Virus genome (UHGV): UHGV-1322810
Strand: one strand, 5' to 3'
Origin: a virus
Length of the DNA: 40,112 bases
Below the pieces are notes generated by a model. It ran no database searches, was not told where the DNA came from, and saw nothing but the letters and a program-made list of their open reading frames with translations. The number at the start of each line of letters is the position of its first letter. Position 1 is the first letter of the stretch. The position numbers and the translations under genes were made by a program. Below, in pieces: positions 9,096-19,355 of this stretch.

Positions 9096-9983
9096 ATGTA
9101 CGGAATGGCAGAAGAAAACACACCTGAAGTTGAAGTCGACAACGACACGCCTGAGCAAATTCCAGATGATGTCGAAACTGAAAACGACACTGACAACGTC
9201 GAAGCTGATGACCATGAGAATGGTGAAGTTGAGACTGAAGAAGGTGACGATTCAGAGCAAGAATTCTATTTCGGTGATGAAAAGCTGGACTCGCCGACCA
9301 GCGAAGACGCGAAAGATCCGGCACTGGTTAAGCATCTGCGCAGTACGATTAAAGAAAAGGATCGTGAGCTTAAAGAGCTTCGCCTACTCTCTACTCAACC
9401 CGCACAGCAACAGCCAATTATCTCTCAGCCACCCGTCATGCCAAAGCTTACAGACCCTGGCATTGACTACGACGAGGGCCTGCTTCAGGAAAAGCTTGAG
9501 CAATGGGCTAAAGAGAATGACCAGTACAAAGAGCAGCAGCGTGTCATTAAGCAGCAGCAGGAACAATTCAATGAGCAACATCGGCAAAAAGTAGCCAATT
9601 ACCAGCAGCGAGCAAAGGCGCTGAAGGTAAAAGGTTTCGCTGAAGCTGAGCAAATTGTTATTGATGAAGTTCCTAAAGTTATTCAGGACGCAATTCTTCA
9701 CGAGTCTGAAAAGCCAGAAATGGTAGTGCTTGCTCTTGGTCGTAATGCCGAACTTCGCAAACAACTGGCAGAGGCTACCAACCCCGTAGCTCTTGGTCGA
9801 CTTCTCGAGCGTATCGAGTCAAAAGCCAAAACGATGCCTAAAGCAAAAACAAATGCCGCAACAACGCCAGAAGTAAAAGGCAGCAACGGCGCGGTGATCA
9901 ACAACCTCGACAAACTGAAAGCCAAGGCACTGGAAACCGGTGACTGGACGCCGTATTTCGCCGCCAAAAAGGCAAAAAAATAA
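9096..9983 (+). CDS. gp8: Scaffolding protein (gp8-like).
   Basis: Acidic N-terminus and a helical Gln/Glu-rich body. Lies between portal and coat. C-terminal KLKAKALETGD resembles the P22 gp8 end. Confidence 0.75.
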   Translation: MYGMAEENTPEVEVDNDTPEQIPDDVETENDTDNVEADDHENGEVETEEGDDSEQEFYFGDEKLDSPTSEDAKDPALVKHLRSTIKEKDRELKELRLLSTQPAQQQPIISQPPVMPKLTDPGIDYDEGLLQEKLEQWAKENDQYKEQQRVIKQQQEQFNEQHRQKVANYQQRAKALKVKGFAEAEQIVIDEVPKVIQDAILHESEKPEMVVLALGRNAELRKQLAEATNPVALGRLLERIESKAKTMPKAKTNAATTPEVKGSNGAVINNLDKLKAKALETGDWTPYFAAKKAKK

Positions 9984-10001
9984 CCTATCGGAGCATTAAG
10001 C

Positions 10002-11255
10002 ATGGCTAACCAATTAGCAAAAGACCTAGAGATTATGTTTGAGCAGTACGTGGAAGGTTTCGAAGCCTCCTGCGTAGTGTCTCGCAACGCCAAGAAATTC
10101 CGCCCTGGCGATACTGCAATGCAACGTGCAGGAGATGTTCTTTACCGTCCGCAGCATTACCACATGAACGTTGAAGAAGGTCTCGACCTGACCGGTAAAA
10201 CACCAACCGCATTAGTTCAGCGTCTGGTTCCTTCTGTGTTCAAAGAGCCTAAAAACATTCTGTACACTCTGGATGCTCGTGAAATGCGTGATCCGGAGCA
10301 CAAGACTGAAGCAGGACGTGCGGCTGGTCAGCGACTGGCGGCGCAGATTGATTCTGATCTGATCGCAATGGTAACTCAGCGTGCAACAAACGTTGTGGCG
10401 ATGGCAAACTCAACCACCGGGACTCAGGGTCGTGATCTGTGGAACAGCGCAGCTGGCATTGATGCAATCATGACTGCTATCGGCGTTCCACAGGGTATTA
10501 ACCGCCGCTCATTCTGGAACCCCTTCAACTACAAAGATCTGGCAGGTGAGTTAGGCCATCGCGCATACACTCAAGGCGTATCTCTGACGGCATACGAAAA
10601 AGCCCAGATTCCGCCAGTTGCATCATTCGACAGCTACAAGACTGACATCTCTGGCCGTGTACCTAATGGCACTGCAACAGCGCTTACTCTGGCTGCCGCT
10701 CCTGCTCATAAGGTTCAGGCAAAAGATGCCAACGACATGCCGGTGGATAACCGTCAGGGCACTATCCAACTCTCTGCTGCCGGTCTTCAGGTTGGCGATG
10801 CGTTCACTATCGCAGGTGTTCACTCCGTACACCAGATCACCAAAGACACAACTGACCAGCTTCAGGTATTCCGTGTTCTGGCGGTGAGTGGGACTACTGC
10901 GACAATTTCTCCTCAGATTTTGCCGCCGGATAACGCCGACGTTCCGAGCCGCCCGTATGCCAACGTTGATGCAAATGCAGCTAACGGCGCGGCACTGACA
11001 CTGCTCAACCAGAACGCTGCCCCGGCTAACCTGTTCTGGGCTGATGGTTCTGTAGAGCTGATGTTCGGCAAGCTGGCATTCCCTACCGGTCAGGGTCCGC
11101 AGGTAATGACTGCAACAACCGAGCAGGGCGCTACGCTGATCATGTCCTACGCATTCGACCACATCAAAGGCTCAACCACCTGTCGTTTCACGACTCTGTA
11201 CGGTTGCTCTGTACTGGTTCCGGAGTACACAGGCATCGTTATCGCCGGTCAGTAA
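10002..11255 (+). CDS. gp5: Major coat protein (P22 gp5-like).
   Basis: 417 aa; NLFWADGSVELMF vs P22 NVFWADDAIRIVS. Position in the module and the strong downstream terminator support the call. Confidence 0.85.
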   Translation: MANQLAKDLEIMFEQYVEGFEASCVVSRNAKKFRPGDTAMQRAGDVLYRPQHYHMNVEEGLDLTGKTPTALVQRLVPSVFKEPKNILYTLDAREMRDPEHKTEAGRAAGQRLAAQIDSDLIAMVTQRATNVVAMANSTTGTQGRDLWNSAAGIDAIMTAIGVPQGINRRSFWNPFNYKDLAGELGHRAYTQGVSLTAYEKAQIPPVASFDSYKTDISGRVPNGTATALTLAAAPAHKVQAKDANDMPVDNRQGTIQLSAAGLQVGDAFTIAGVHSVHQITKDTTDQLQVFRVLAVSGTTATISPQILPPDNADVPSRPYANVDANAANGAALTLLNQNAAPANLFWADGSVELMFGKLAFPTGQGPQVMTATTEQGATLIMSYAFDHIKGSTTCRFTTLYGCSVLVPEYTGIVIAGQ

Positions 11256-11266
11256 CCAGCGACATG

Positions 11267-11286
11267 AATTAATCAGGGGCTTCGGC
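11267..11286 (+). terminator. Intrinsic terminator after the coat gene.
   Basis: GGGGC-uucg-GCCCC stem followed by UUUUUU. Confidence 0.85.
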
Positions 11287-11308
11287 CCCTTTTTTAATGG
11301 GTATAAAC

Positions 11309-11497
11309 ATGTCAAAAACCATGCTTTACAAGCAGGGATCGATGATCACCTGCGGGCCGCACTCTCTTGATTACATCATTGTTGATGACAATGAAGTCAG
11401 TGAGCATCTTAAACTCGGATGGGTAAAGTCTCCTGATGAGACTGTCGCCAAGACGAAAAAGAACAAGGCGGCTCAAAATGGCGAAGACAAAGGGTGA
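11309..11497 (+). CDS. Hypothetical small protein.
   Basis: ORF track (11297..11497), internal ATG; no similarity recognised. Confidence 0.3.
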   Translation: MSKTMLYKQGSMITCGPHSLDYIIVDDNEVSEHLKLGWVKSPDETVAKTKKNKAAQNGEDKG

Positions 11498-11939
11498 TTT
11501 AGTCCTCAAAGCGCTGAGAAAGGCCGGTCTTTATTCTAACTCCACATTGACAGATGCTGACCCGCAAGCAGTAGAAGATGCGATAAACGATCTGGAAGAC
11601 ATGATGGCAGCATGGAAGGTAAAAGGTATTGAGCTTGGTTACCTGTTCGCCGATTCTGCAAACGATGTGATGCCATTGCCTGATGACGATTCAGGTATTC
11701 CATCCTGGGCGTATGACGGAGTGTCTCTAAAGCTCGCTGTTCAAGTCTGCATGGATAACGTCATTCAGCCATCCGACACACTTCTCTCAGCAGCAGACAG
11801 CGCATATCAAGCAATTTGCATTGCATTAACTACCATTCCTCCGCTTGAACGTCGAAATGATATGCCTCGCGGATCCGGTAACAAATCAACATTCACATGG
11901 AATCGCTTTTACATCGAACAAGACGATCCGAGTACATGA
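11478..11939 (+). CDS. gp4: Head-completion / tail accessory factor gp4.
   Basis: MAKTKGDLVLKALRKAGLYSNSTLTDADPQAVEDAINDLEDMMAAW matches the P22 gp4 N-terminus; start taken at the internal ATG. Confidence 0.85.
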   Translation: MAKTKGDLVLKALRKAGLYSNSTLTDADPQAVEDAINDLEDMMAAWKVKGIELGYLFADSANDVMPLPDDDSGIPSWAYDGVSLKLAVQVCMDNVIQPSDTLLSAADSAYQAICIALTTIPPLERRNDMPRGSGNKSTFTWNRFYIEQDDPST

Positions 11940-11948
11940 GGTGAGTAA

Positions 11949-13367
11949 ATGCCGATTCAGCAATTACCTTTAATGAAAGGAGTCGGCAAAGACTTCCGCA
12001 ACGCCGACTACATCGACTATTTGCCCGTCAACATGCTGGCTACGCCTAAAGAGGTGCTCAACTCATCTGGTTATCTGCGCTCATTCCCAGGCGTAACGAA
12101 GTTATCAGACGTTGCCGGTACATCTCGCGGGTCTGAGTACAACACCTCTCAGAATGCCGTATATCGCGTTATGGGAGGCAAGCTGTATCGTTCTGATTCG
12201 GCGGTGGGTGATGTTGCTGGTACATCTCGCGTTTCGCTAGCCCACGGTCGCACGTCTCAGGCTGTTTGTGTTAACGGAAACGTCGTCGAGTACCGGTACG
12301 ACGGCACAGTGAAGACGATCGCCAACTGGCCTGTAAGCAGTGGCTATACGCAATACGAACTCGGATCTGCGCGTGATGTAACCCGTCTGCGTGGTCGTTA
12401 TGCCTGGGCTAAGGATAACTCAGACTCATGGTTTATCACCGACCTTGAAGATGAATCGCATCCTGACCGGTACAGTGCTGAGTATCGGGCAGAATCACAA
12501 CCTGACGGCATCATCGGAATCGGCACATGGCGGGACTTCATCGTCTGCTTTGGCTCATCAACCATTGAATATTTCACGCTGACAGGCACATCAACAGTCG
12601 GCGCGGCGCTCTACGTTGCCAACCCGGCTTACATGGTTCCAAAAGGTATCGCCGGCACGTTCTGCAAATGCGTGTTCATGGATGCTTATGCCATTGTCAG
12701 CAATCCGGCAACTGGCGCGCCGTCGGTGTATATCATCGACTCAGGCCGCGCTACTCCGATCGCCACGGCAAGCATCGAAAAGATTCTTCGCGAATACACC
12801 GCTGACGAGCTGTCGACATCCGTAATGGAATCTCTGCGATTCGACTCTCACGAATTGCTGATGATTCACTTACCGCGCCACGTGCTGGTATATGACGGCA
12901 CAGCATCACAGAATGGGCCTCAGTGGTGCATCCTGAAAACAGGGCTGTATGACGACGTGTACCGTGCTATCGACTTCATGTACGAAGGAAACACGATCAC
13001 TTGCGGCGACAAGCTGGAATCAGTGAAGGGCGCTCTTCAGTTCGACATATCTTCACAATATGAAAAGCAGCAGGAGCACCTGTTATTCACGCCGCTATTC
13101 AAAGCTGATAATGCTAGGGTATTCGACTTCGAAGTCGAATCATCAACCGGCGTTGCTCAATACGCTGACCGGTTATTCCTTTCAGCCACCACTGACGGAA
13201 TCAACTATGGCCGTGAGCAGATGATTGAGCAAAACGCACCATTCGTTTACGACAAGCGAGTCATCTGGAAGCGTGTCGGGCGCATCCGTAAAAACGTCGG
13301 ATTCAAAATCAGGGTTATCACCAAGTCACCTGTCACATTATCAGGCGCACAGATAAGGATTGAGTGA
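11949..13367 (+). CDS. gp10: Tail accessory factor gp10.
   Basis: 472 aa; near-identical stretches to P22 gp10 (MPIQQLPLMKG..., ...ITKSPVTLSG.QIR.E). Confidence 0.92.
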   Translation: MPIQQLPLMKGVGKDFRNADYIDYLPVNMLATPKEVLNSSGYLRSFPGVTKLSDVAGTSRGSEYNTSQNAVYRVMGGKLYRSDSAVGDVAGTSRVSLAHGRTSQAVCVNGNVVEYRYDGTVKTIANWPVSSGYTQYELGSARDVTRLRGRYAWAKDNSDSWFITDLEDESHPDRYSAEYRAESQPDGIIGIGTWRDFIVCFGSSTIEYFTLTGTSTVGAALYVANPAYMVPKGIAGTFCKCVFMDAYAIVSNPATGAPSVYIIDSGRATPIATASIEKILREYTADELSTSVMESLRFDSHELLMIHLPRHVLVYDGTASQNGPQWCILKTGLYDDVYRAIDFMYEGNTITCGDKLESVKGALQFDISSQYEKQQEHLLFTPLFKADNARVFDFEVESSTGVAQYADRLFLSATTDGINYGREQMIEQNAPFVYDKRVIWKRVGRIRKNVGFKIRVITKSPVTLSGAQIRIE

Positions 13368-14233
13368 TGGCTGATCCGTCCCTAAAGGAACCTGTTAAGG
13401 TTACGGCAATTGGCATAAACGCATCATCTCTTCCTGTTGGGGTTAGCCTGGCTTACGAAACGTACATTTTGTCTCAGGCTTCTGACTTTACCAAAGTAGC
13501 AGATAAAGCCAATGGTGCTGGGCAAGGTGCTTACGACGCGCAGGTTAAGAACGATGAGCAGGACGTAACTCTTGCTGATCACGAGGGAAGAATTACAGCA
13601 AACACCCAGGCTATTCAGTTACTCGATGTTCGACTGACGACGGCTGAAGGTAAGATTGATGTACTGCGGAATGATGTCGATTACCTTCTTGATAAGGTTA
13701 TCGACATTGACTCAGAGTTGGCTGATCACGAGACGAGAATCACTGCCAATGAGGCAGAGTTAGCGGACCACGAAACGCGCATTGATGCTCTGGAATATGC
13801 CACCACACGGAAGAAATCAGAGGTTCTCTACACAGGGATATCGCAGGTAATTCCGACGACGGCGACAAACCTGATCACAATGCTCAAGGCGCTGACTCCT
13901 TCATCCGGTACATTGCTGCCGTTCTTCAACACAACCACAGACAAGCTGACCGTTTACAACGAGAACAAGACGCTGAATTTCAAGTTGTCGATGATCGGTA
14001 GTTACCCGGGCGGCACGACAAACCGGTCAATGCAGCTAACTTTCTCTGGCGCAGTTCCAGACACGCTGGTAGCCAGCCGTAATGCTGCCACGGCAACGGA
14101 CAACATTCTCTTAGCAACGTTCTTCAGTGTTGATCAGGGCGGTTTCCTTGCCACCAATGGCAGCACCATAACCATTCAGGCAAACGGCGCGGCATTCACT
14201 GCCACAACCATCAAAATTATCGCGGAGCAATGA
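13367..14233 (+). CDS. gp26: Tail needle gp26-like, with an extended, divergent C-terminal domain.
   Basis: N-terminus MADPSLKEPV...GQGAYDAQVKNDEQDV matches P22 gp26; the C-terminal ~120 aa are unrelated and beta-rich. Confidence 0.8.
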   Translation: MADPSLKEPVKVTAIGINASSLPVGVSLAYETYILSQASDFTKVADKANGAGQGAYDAQVKNDEQDVTLADHEGRITANTQAIQLLDVRLTTAEGKIDVLRNDVDYLLDKVIDIDSELADHETRITANEAELADHETRIDALEYATTRKKSEVLYTGISQVIPTTATNLITMLKALTPSSGTLLPFFNTTTDKLTVYNENKTLNFKLSMIGSYPGGTTNRSMQLTFSGAVPDTLVASRNAATATDNILLATFFSVDQGGFLATNGSTITIQANGAAFTATTIKIIAEQ

Positions 14234-14694
14234 TGATTACATTCAAGCCAACGCGAGATGCCGATTTGGTTGAGGCTGTCGGCAATCATCCAGACATCAT
14301 CGCCGGTAGTAATAACGGTGACGGATACGACTACAAGCCTGACACGAAATACTTCGAGGTTCACGTGCATGGTGAGTTCGGCGGCATCGTCTATTACCAC
14401 GAAACGCAGCCGTTAACCTTCGACTGTCACGCGATGTATCTCCCATGCGCCAGAGGATTCAGCAAAGACATCGGCCTGGCATTCTGGCGACACATCATTG
14501 CCACAACAAATTTCGCCTGCGTTATTTCCTATGCGGCGCGTAAGTTCCGGCACGGTCAGATTTACTGCGCGATGATCGGACTCAACCGAGTGGGAACCAT
14601 CAAGAAGTATTTCAAAGGCGTAGATGATGTGACCTTTTACAGCGCCACCCGCGAAGAACTAATCGACTTCCTCCAGAAACACTCCAGGAGCTAA
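14230..14694 (+). CDS. gp14: gp14-like head assembly/ejection-associated protein.
   Basis: Position and size in the P22 order 26-14-7-20-16; ATGA coupling. Confidence 0.55.
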   Translation: MMITFKPTRDADLVEAVGNHPDIIAGSNNGDGYDYKPDTKYFEVHVHGEFGGIVYYHETQPLTFDCHAMYLPCARGFSKDIGLAFWRHIIATTNFACVISYAARKFRHGQIYCAMIGLNRVGTIKKYFKGVDDVTFYSATREELIDFLQKHSRS

Positions 14695-14696
14695 CC

Positions 14697-15386
14697 ATGA
14701 GCAATATTTTTGCGCTGGGCAGGAAACTGCGCGGTGAGGAACCTCTTTGGCCTGAAAAAGGTGGAAAGGGTGGTTCATCCAGTAGCGGACAGAAGGAAGC
14801 GGCGCAGGCAACAAAATACGCAGCTGACCTTCAGAATGATCAATTCAACCGTGTAATGGAGCAACTCGCGCCATACGCGGCGGCAGGCTTGCCAGCTCTC
14901 CAGCAAATCCAGCAATTATCCACACTGGAAGGGCAGGGCAATGCTCTCAACCAGTATTACAACTCTGATCAGTATAAGCAGTTAGCTGGACAGGCCCGTT
15001 ATCAGTCACTGAATGCAGCAGAAGCCACTGGCGGACTCGGATCTACCGCAACGTCAAACCAGCTGGCATCTATCGCGCCAACGCTTGGGCAGAACTGGCT
15101 TTCCGGGCAGATGCAGAATTACGGCAACCTGTTAAACGTTGGTCAGTCTGCAGCAGCTGGCCAGGCATCTGCCGGTCAGAACTACGCCAACAACGCCGGA
15201 AACCTCGCACAGCAGATGGCAGCTATCCGCTCTCAGGGTTCTGGTCAATCCACTCTTGGTAGCGCCATTAGCGGCGGTACGAGTGGTGCGCTTGCCGGTG
15301 CTGGTATTGCAAGCCTGTTAGGTACATCAACGCCATGGGGCGCTGGTATAGGTGCTGGTATCGGATTGCTTGGCTCACTCTTCTAA
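14697..15386 (+). CDS. gp7: Ejection protein gp7.
   Basis: 229 aa; LGRKLRGEEP..PEKGGKGGSSSSGQKEAAQATKYAADLQN matches P22 gp7. Confidence 0.85.
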   Translation: MSNIFALGRKLRGEEPLWPEKGGKGGSSSSGQKEAAQATKYAADLQNDQFNRVMEQLAPYAAAGLPALQQIQQLSTLEGQGNALNQYYNSDQYKQLAGQARYQSLNAAEATGGLGSTATSNQLASIAPTLGQNWLSGQMQNYGNLLNVGQSAAAGQASAGQNYANNAGNLAQQMAAIRSQGSGQSTLGSAISGGTSGALAGAGIASLLGTSTPWGAGIGAGIGLLGSLF

Positions 15387-15395
15387 GGAGTTATC

Positions 15396-16652
15396 GTGGC
15401 TACATTTCAATTCGCAGGCTTGCCATCAATGCAGGTGGCAAACCAAAACGCGCCCGGGCAGCCATCACTATCAAGTTACGACTTTAGCCAGCGTCCAAAT
15501 GTAGGCGTTCAACTCGCTCATGGTATTGGTGCGGTAGGTCAGGCCATCAGTCAGGGTGAGGCGGCTAAGCGCTTATCAGAATTTCAACAGGCATTCGGTC
15601 AGGCTTATGCAGCAGGTGATCGCGATGCCTTGCGTCAGCTTGCGGCCACGAATCCAGACCAGATTGAAACAATCAGGCAGGGAATGGGGTTTGTTGATGC
15701 TGATCGAAATCAGGCGATGGGAGACATGTCGGCACGACTGAATATCGCCGCTGCACAAGGGCCAGATGCGGTAATGAGAGAGCTTGCAACTCACCAGAAT
15801 ACGCTACAGCAAATTGGTGTGTCTCCTGAGCAGGCATGGCAGACATATCAGCAAAGCCCTGAAGGATTCTCTCAGTTAACAGACCTGATAGGGATGCATG
15901 CGGTAGGTCCTGAAAAGTATTTCGATATTCAGGATAAAGTAGCAGGTCGCGACATTGACCGCGGCAAACTTGCTGAAACTATACGTAGCAATCAGGCTGG
16001 AGAAGCTCTTCAGCAGCGTGGGCAAGATATCACCGTTCGCGGGCAAAACATCAGTGCTCAGAACGCGGCGCTATCGCGTGAAATTCAGCGAGCAGAATTA
16101 CAGGATAAGGTTCTCGATCGTCAAATTGCCAGAGAGACTAACCAGATAAAGCTGGATGAACTCAAGCAGAAGCAGGCTGATGTTCGTCAGAAGGCTGAAA
16201 TAGCAAAAGCCGACAGACAAGCGGCGGCACAGGGAGCGGTTGATACGTTCAGTACGGCGCTCGACTCTCTTGGTGAAATTGAGAAAAGCCCGGGTTTGTC
16301 GAAGGCGGTAGGTGTCCGTTCTGCTTTCCCAACAGTACCAGGATCTGATGCAGCAAACTTCGAGGCCCGTCTTGATACCTTCAAGGCACAGACATTCTTG
16401 CCTATGGTAGCAAGCTTGAAAGGTATGGGCGCCTTGTCTGACGCTGAAGGTAAAAAATTATCTGATGCGGTTGGCGCTCTGAGTCCCAAGATGAGCGAAG
16501 ACGCGTTTAGATCGTCAATAGGTAAAATTCGTACTCAGTTAGAAAGTAAGCTGGGGACTGTGAAGAAGCAGTTTGATTACCAGGAGCCGGTAGCACCGGC
16601 AGCGCAACAACCACAACAGCAAAATGGCTACCAGTCTCTATGGGGTGATTAA
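15396..16652 (+). CDS. gp20: Ejection protein gp20-like.
   Basis: Position after gp7; GTG start with AAGGAG RBS. Confidence 0.6.
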   Translation: MATFQFAGLPSMQVANQNAPGQPSLSSYDFSQRPNVGVQLAHGIGAVGQAISQGEAAKRLSEFQQAFGQAYAAGDRDALRQLAATNPDQIETIRQGMGFVDADRNQAMGDMSARLNIAAAQGPDAVMRELATHQNTLQQIGVSPEQAWQTYQQSPEGFSQLTDLIGMHAVGPEKYFDIQDKVAGRDIDRGKLAETIRSNQAGEALQQRGQDITVRGQNISAQNAALSREIQRAELQDKVLDRQIARETNQIKLDELKQKQADVRQKAEIAKADRQAAAQGAVDTFSTALDSLGEIEKSPGLSKAVGVRSAFPTVPGSDAANFEARLDTFKAQTFLPMVASLKGMGALSDAEGKKLSDAVGALSPKMSEDAFRSSIGKIRTQLESKLGTVKKQFDYQEPVAPAAQQPQQQNGYQSLWGD

Positions 16653-18649
16653 TGGCTAAGGCATGGAAAGACGTTATTGCCTCTCAACAGTACCAGGCAT
16701 TAGCACCAGAGCAGAAAGCGCAGGCGCAGGAGCAATACTTCAATGAAGTAGTTGCCCCGCAAGCCGGAAGCGATGCAGAGCAGGCTAAACAGGCTTTCTA
16801 TGCTGCTTATCCACCTCCCGCGGCTCAACAACCAGCACAACAGCAACAGGAATCCCCTCAGCAACAGCAACAAGGTGGCTTCATGTCCGATCTTGGAAAT
16901 GCTGCTGCAGAGACTGGACGTGGATTGCTTCAGGCTGGCGTTAATCTGGCAAATATTCCTGCATCAATGGCTGATGCTGTCGCCAGCGCCGGGGCATGGG
17001 CCGGTCAGAAGCTTGGCATTGGTGATGGAACTTATCAGCCAGCACCACGCGTCACGACTCAAGGACTTGAGCAGGACTTTGGATTGCAACAAGGTGCACT
17101 TACTCCACAGACGACGGAAGGTAAAATCTTCTCTGAAGCGCTGCCATATTTGACTCCGGTTGGTGCAGAGAGAATTGCAGCGCAAGCACCATCCATTGCC
17201 GGTCGTGTTGCTCAGGGCGCATCACGCTTACTGGCAGAAAACGCCGTTGGTTCGATGGCTGCAAACAGTGAGCGTGATAATCCAGAAGCTCTTGCAACAG
17301 ACTTAGGGACAGGCGTTGCATTGGGTGGGGCGATTAATCAGTTAGGCCGTGCAGCCGGTGCTGCTTATCGTGGAATTAGAGGTACGATCGCACCAGAAGC
17401 GCAGCAGGCTATTCAGTTCGCTAACGCTGCTGATGTTCCTCTGCATACCACTGACGTTTTGCAACCAAATTCCCGTGTCGGGCGTATGGCGCAAACCACC
17501 GCTGAAAATATCCCATTTGCTGGGACAAGTTCAATGCGAGCAGGGCAGCAGGAAGCCCGCAGCCAGTTGGTAGATGAATTTGCATCGCGATTTGGTGAAT
17601 ACGATCCGTCGATTGTGGTTGGTAGTCTGAAAGCTAAAACATCTGGAATTCGCAGAGCTGCTGGAAATCGTCTTGAACAGGTACAAAACGCCATGGCAGG
17701 AGTTAACATCCAGCCAAGTCGTGCTATTCAGAAAATTGATAATGAAATCGCTGATTTGCAGAAGCTTGGAGGTGCAGCCGATAACGAAACCATCTCAAAG
17801 CTTAAAGTATACAGGGATGAGCTATCTCGAAATGCCGGGGCAAGCGGACCAATGGCGATGGATCTGCAGCAGCTAAGTGCATTGCGCAGCCAATTCAGAC
17901 AGGACGTAAAGGGCGAGCGTCAGGCGCTAATTAACAGATCAGAGGCCGCAGTTAATCGGGTCTACAACGCAATGACAGGTGATATCGACAGTGCCATCGG
18001 ACAGAATCTTGGAAATGACACCCTGCGTCGTTATAAGCAAGCTAACGCCATATACGCTGACGAAGCCAACAAGCTCCAGAATACTCGCCTCAAGAACGTG
18101 ATCATGAAAGGAGACCTAACTCCTGAAGTGGTCAACAACATGCTTTTCAGCAAGAACAAATCAGAGGTTCAGAATCTGTATCGGTCAGTCGGTCAGGTGG
18201 GCCGCGCACAAATGCGTAACGGTATCATCGGAAAGGCTATGGAGAAATCAGGCGGTTCTCCTGACCAATTCCTGCGCCAGGTTAATCTGATGTCTAACCA
18301 GACAGGAATCGCTTTTAAAGGACGTGATGCTGCGTATCTGAAAGGGATGAAGAACTATCTTGAGTCAACCAAGAGGGCAGGACAGGCTGGGGTAACAACG
18401 CCAACAGGTCAGCAGACAATCCCATTCATCTTAGGGATTGGGTCAGCAACAAACCCGGCGCTCGTTGGGGTCGGTGGTGGTTATGGATTACTGGCGAGAT
18501 TGTATGAGAGTGAACCAGCACGAAATGCAATGCTTCGACTGGCTAACACGCCACGTGGTTCTACAGCATTTGAGAAAGCGTTAGCTGATGTTGAGCGGGC
18601 TGTTAACTCTGTTGCTCAAGGCGCTAAATCTGACGCATTAAGCGAATAA
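16652..18649 (+). CDS. gp16: Ejection protein gp16-like.
   Basis: 665 aa; position at the end of the ejection-protein block. Confidence 0.6.
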   Translation: MAKAWKDVIASQQYQALAPEQKAQAQEQYFNEVVAPQAGSDAEQAKQAFYAAYPPPAAQQPAQQQQESPQQQQQGGFMSDLGNAAAETGRGLLQAGVNLANIPASMADAVASAGAWAGQKLGIGDGTYQPAPRVTTQGLEQDFGLQQGALTPQTTEGKIFSEALPYLTPVGAERIAAQAPSIAGRVAQGASRLLAENAVGSMAANSERDNPEALATDLGTGVALGGAINQLGRAAGAAYRGIRGTIAPEAQQAIQFANAADVPLHTTDVLQPNSRVGRMAQTTAENIPFAGTSSMRAGQQEARSQLVDEFASRFGEYDPSIVVGSLKAKTSGIRRAAGNRLEQVQNAMAGVNIQPSRAIQKIDNEIADLQKLGGAADNETISKLKVYRDELSRNAGASGPMAMDLQQLSALRSQFRQDVKGERQALINRSEAAVNRVYNAMTGDIDSAIGQNLGNDTLRRYKQANAIYADEANKLQNTRLKNVIMKGDLTPEVVNNMLFSKNKSEVQNLYRSVGQVGRAQMRNGIIGKAMEKSGGSPDQFLRQVNLMSNQTGIAFKGRDAAYLKGMKNYLESTKRAGQAGVTTPTGQQTIPFILGIGSATNPALVGVGGGYGLLARLYESEPARNAMLRLANTPRGSTAFEKALADVERAVNSVAQGAKSDALSE

Positions 18650-18786
18650 CAACCTACCGACGACAATTCCGCATAGTAGCAACGCAAAGTTCAATAAGTC
18701 TCTGTTCATAAATCCTCGCATAACCATTAGAGATCATTCTTTGATCTATATATTATCTGAATCCCTTACTTAATTGGGTGATGATA

Positions 18787-19080
18787 ATGAAAAAAGGTGT
18801 GATGGTTGGCTGTTTTTGTGTATTTATCGCTGGGTGCGCTACAGCAACAAAAACGTATGCTCCAGATGGAAGAGAGGCATATACCATAGAATGCTCTGGA
18901 GTTGGTGGTTCATGGGCTATGTGTCAGGCCAAAGCCGGTGATCTTTGTGGTTCAAAAGGCTATGACCTGATTAGCACAGGTAGTGATCAGGGTGCTATTG
19001 CAAACATTGATGGAAGCACTGGCAACGCGTTTGCAGCAAACACCATATCAAGAAGCATGTATATTGCGTGCAAGAAATGA
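18787..19080 (+). CDS. Small secreted lipoprotein moron (about 97 aa).
   Basis: MKKGVMVGCFCVFIAGC lipobox. Own AT-rich upstream region and own terminator; occupies the P22 sieA position. Confidence 0.6.
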   Translation: MKKGVMVGCFCVFIAGCATATKTYAPDGREAYTIECSGVGGSWAMCQAKAGDLCGSKGYDLISTGSDQGAIANIDGSTGNAFAANTISRSMYIACKK

Positions 19081-19083
19081 GTA

Positions 19084-19110
19084 AAGCCCGGTTAGCCGGG
19101 CTATTTTTTT
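19084..19110. terminator. Hairpin terminator shared by the lipoprotein gene (+) and mnt (-).
   Basis: AGCCCGG-uua-CCGGGCU followed by AUUUUUUU on the + strand; the mnt stop codon lies in the stem. Confidence 0.7.
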
Positions 19111-19355
19111 CGATAGTGTTCGCTAAGTCGCTCGAAAACCAATTTCTGTATCTCTCTTGAGACTGAATCAGCCTCGCGTTCCGCATCATCACGATAGCCG
19201 CTAACCGGTGATGGTCTGGACAATGACTCCTCCATCGTTGCCACAATCTCTGCATTGATGGATCTGTTGTTCATCTTCGCGCGCTGCTTAATCTTCGCGT
19301 GTAATTCGTGCGTAAGCCTCAAGTGGAACTGCGCCTCATCGTATTTGCTATACAT
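19101..19355 (-). CDS. mnt: Mnt repressor (ribbon-helix-helix).
   Basis: 84 aa; ...SLSRPSPVSGYRDDAEREAD... vs P22 Mnt ..SKPSPVTGYRNDAERLAD... Confidence 0.85.
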   Translation of the reverse strand: MYSKYDEAQFHLRLTHELHAKIKQRAKMNNRSINAEIVATMEESLSRPSPVSGYRDDAEREADSVSREIQKLVFERLSEHYRKK

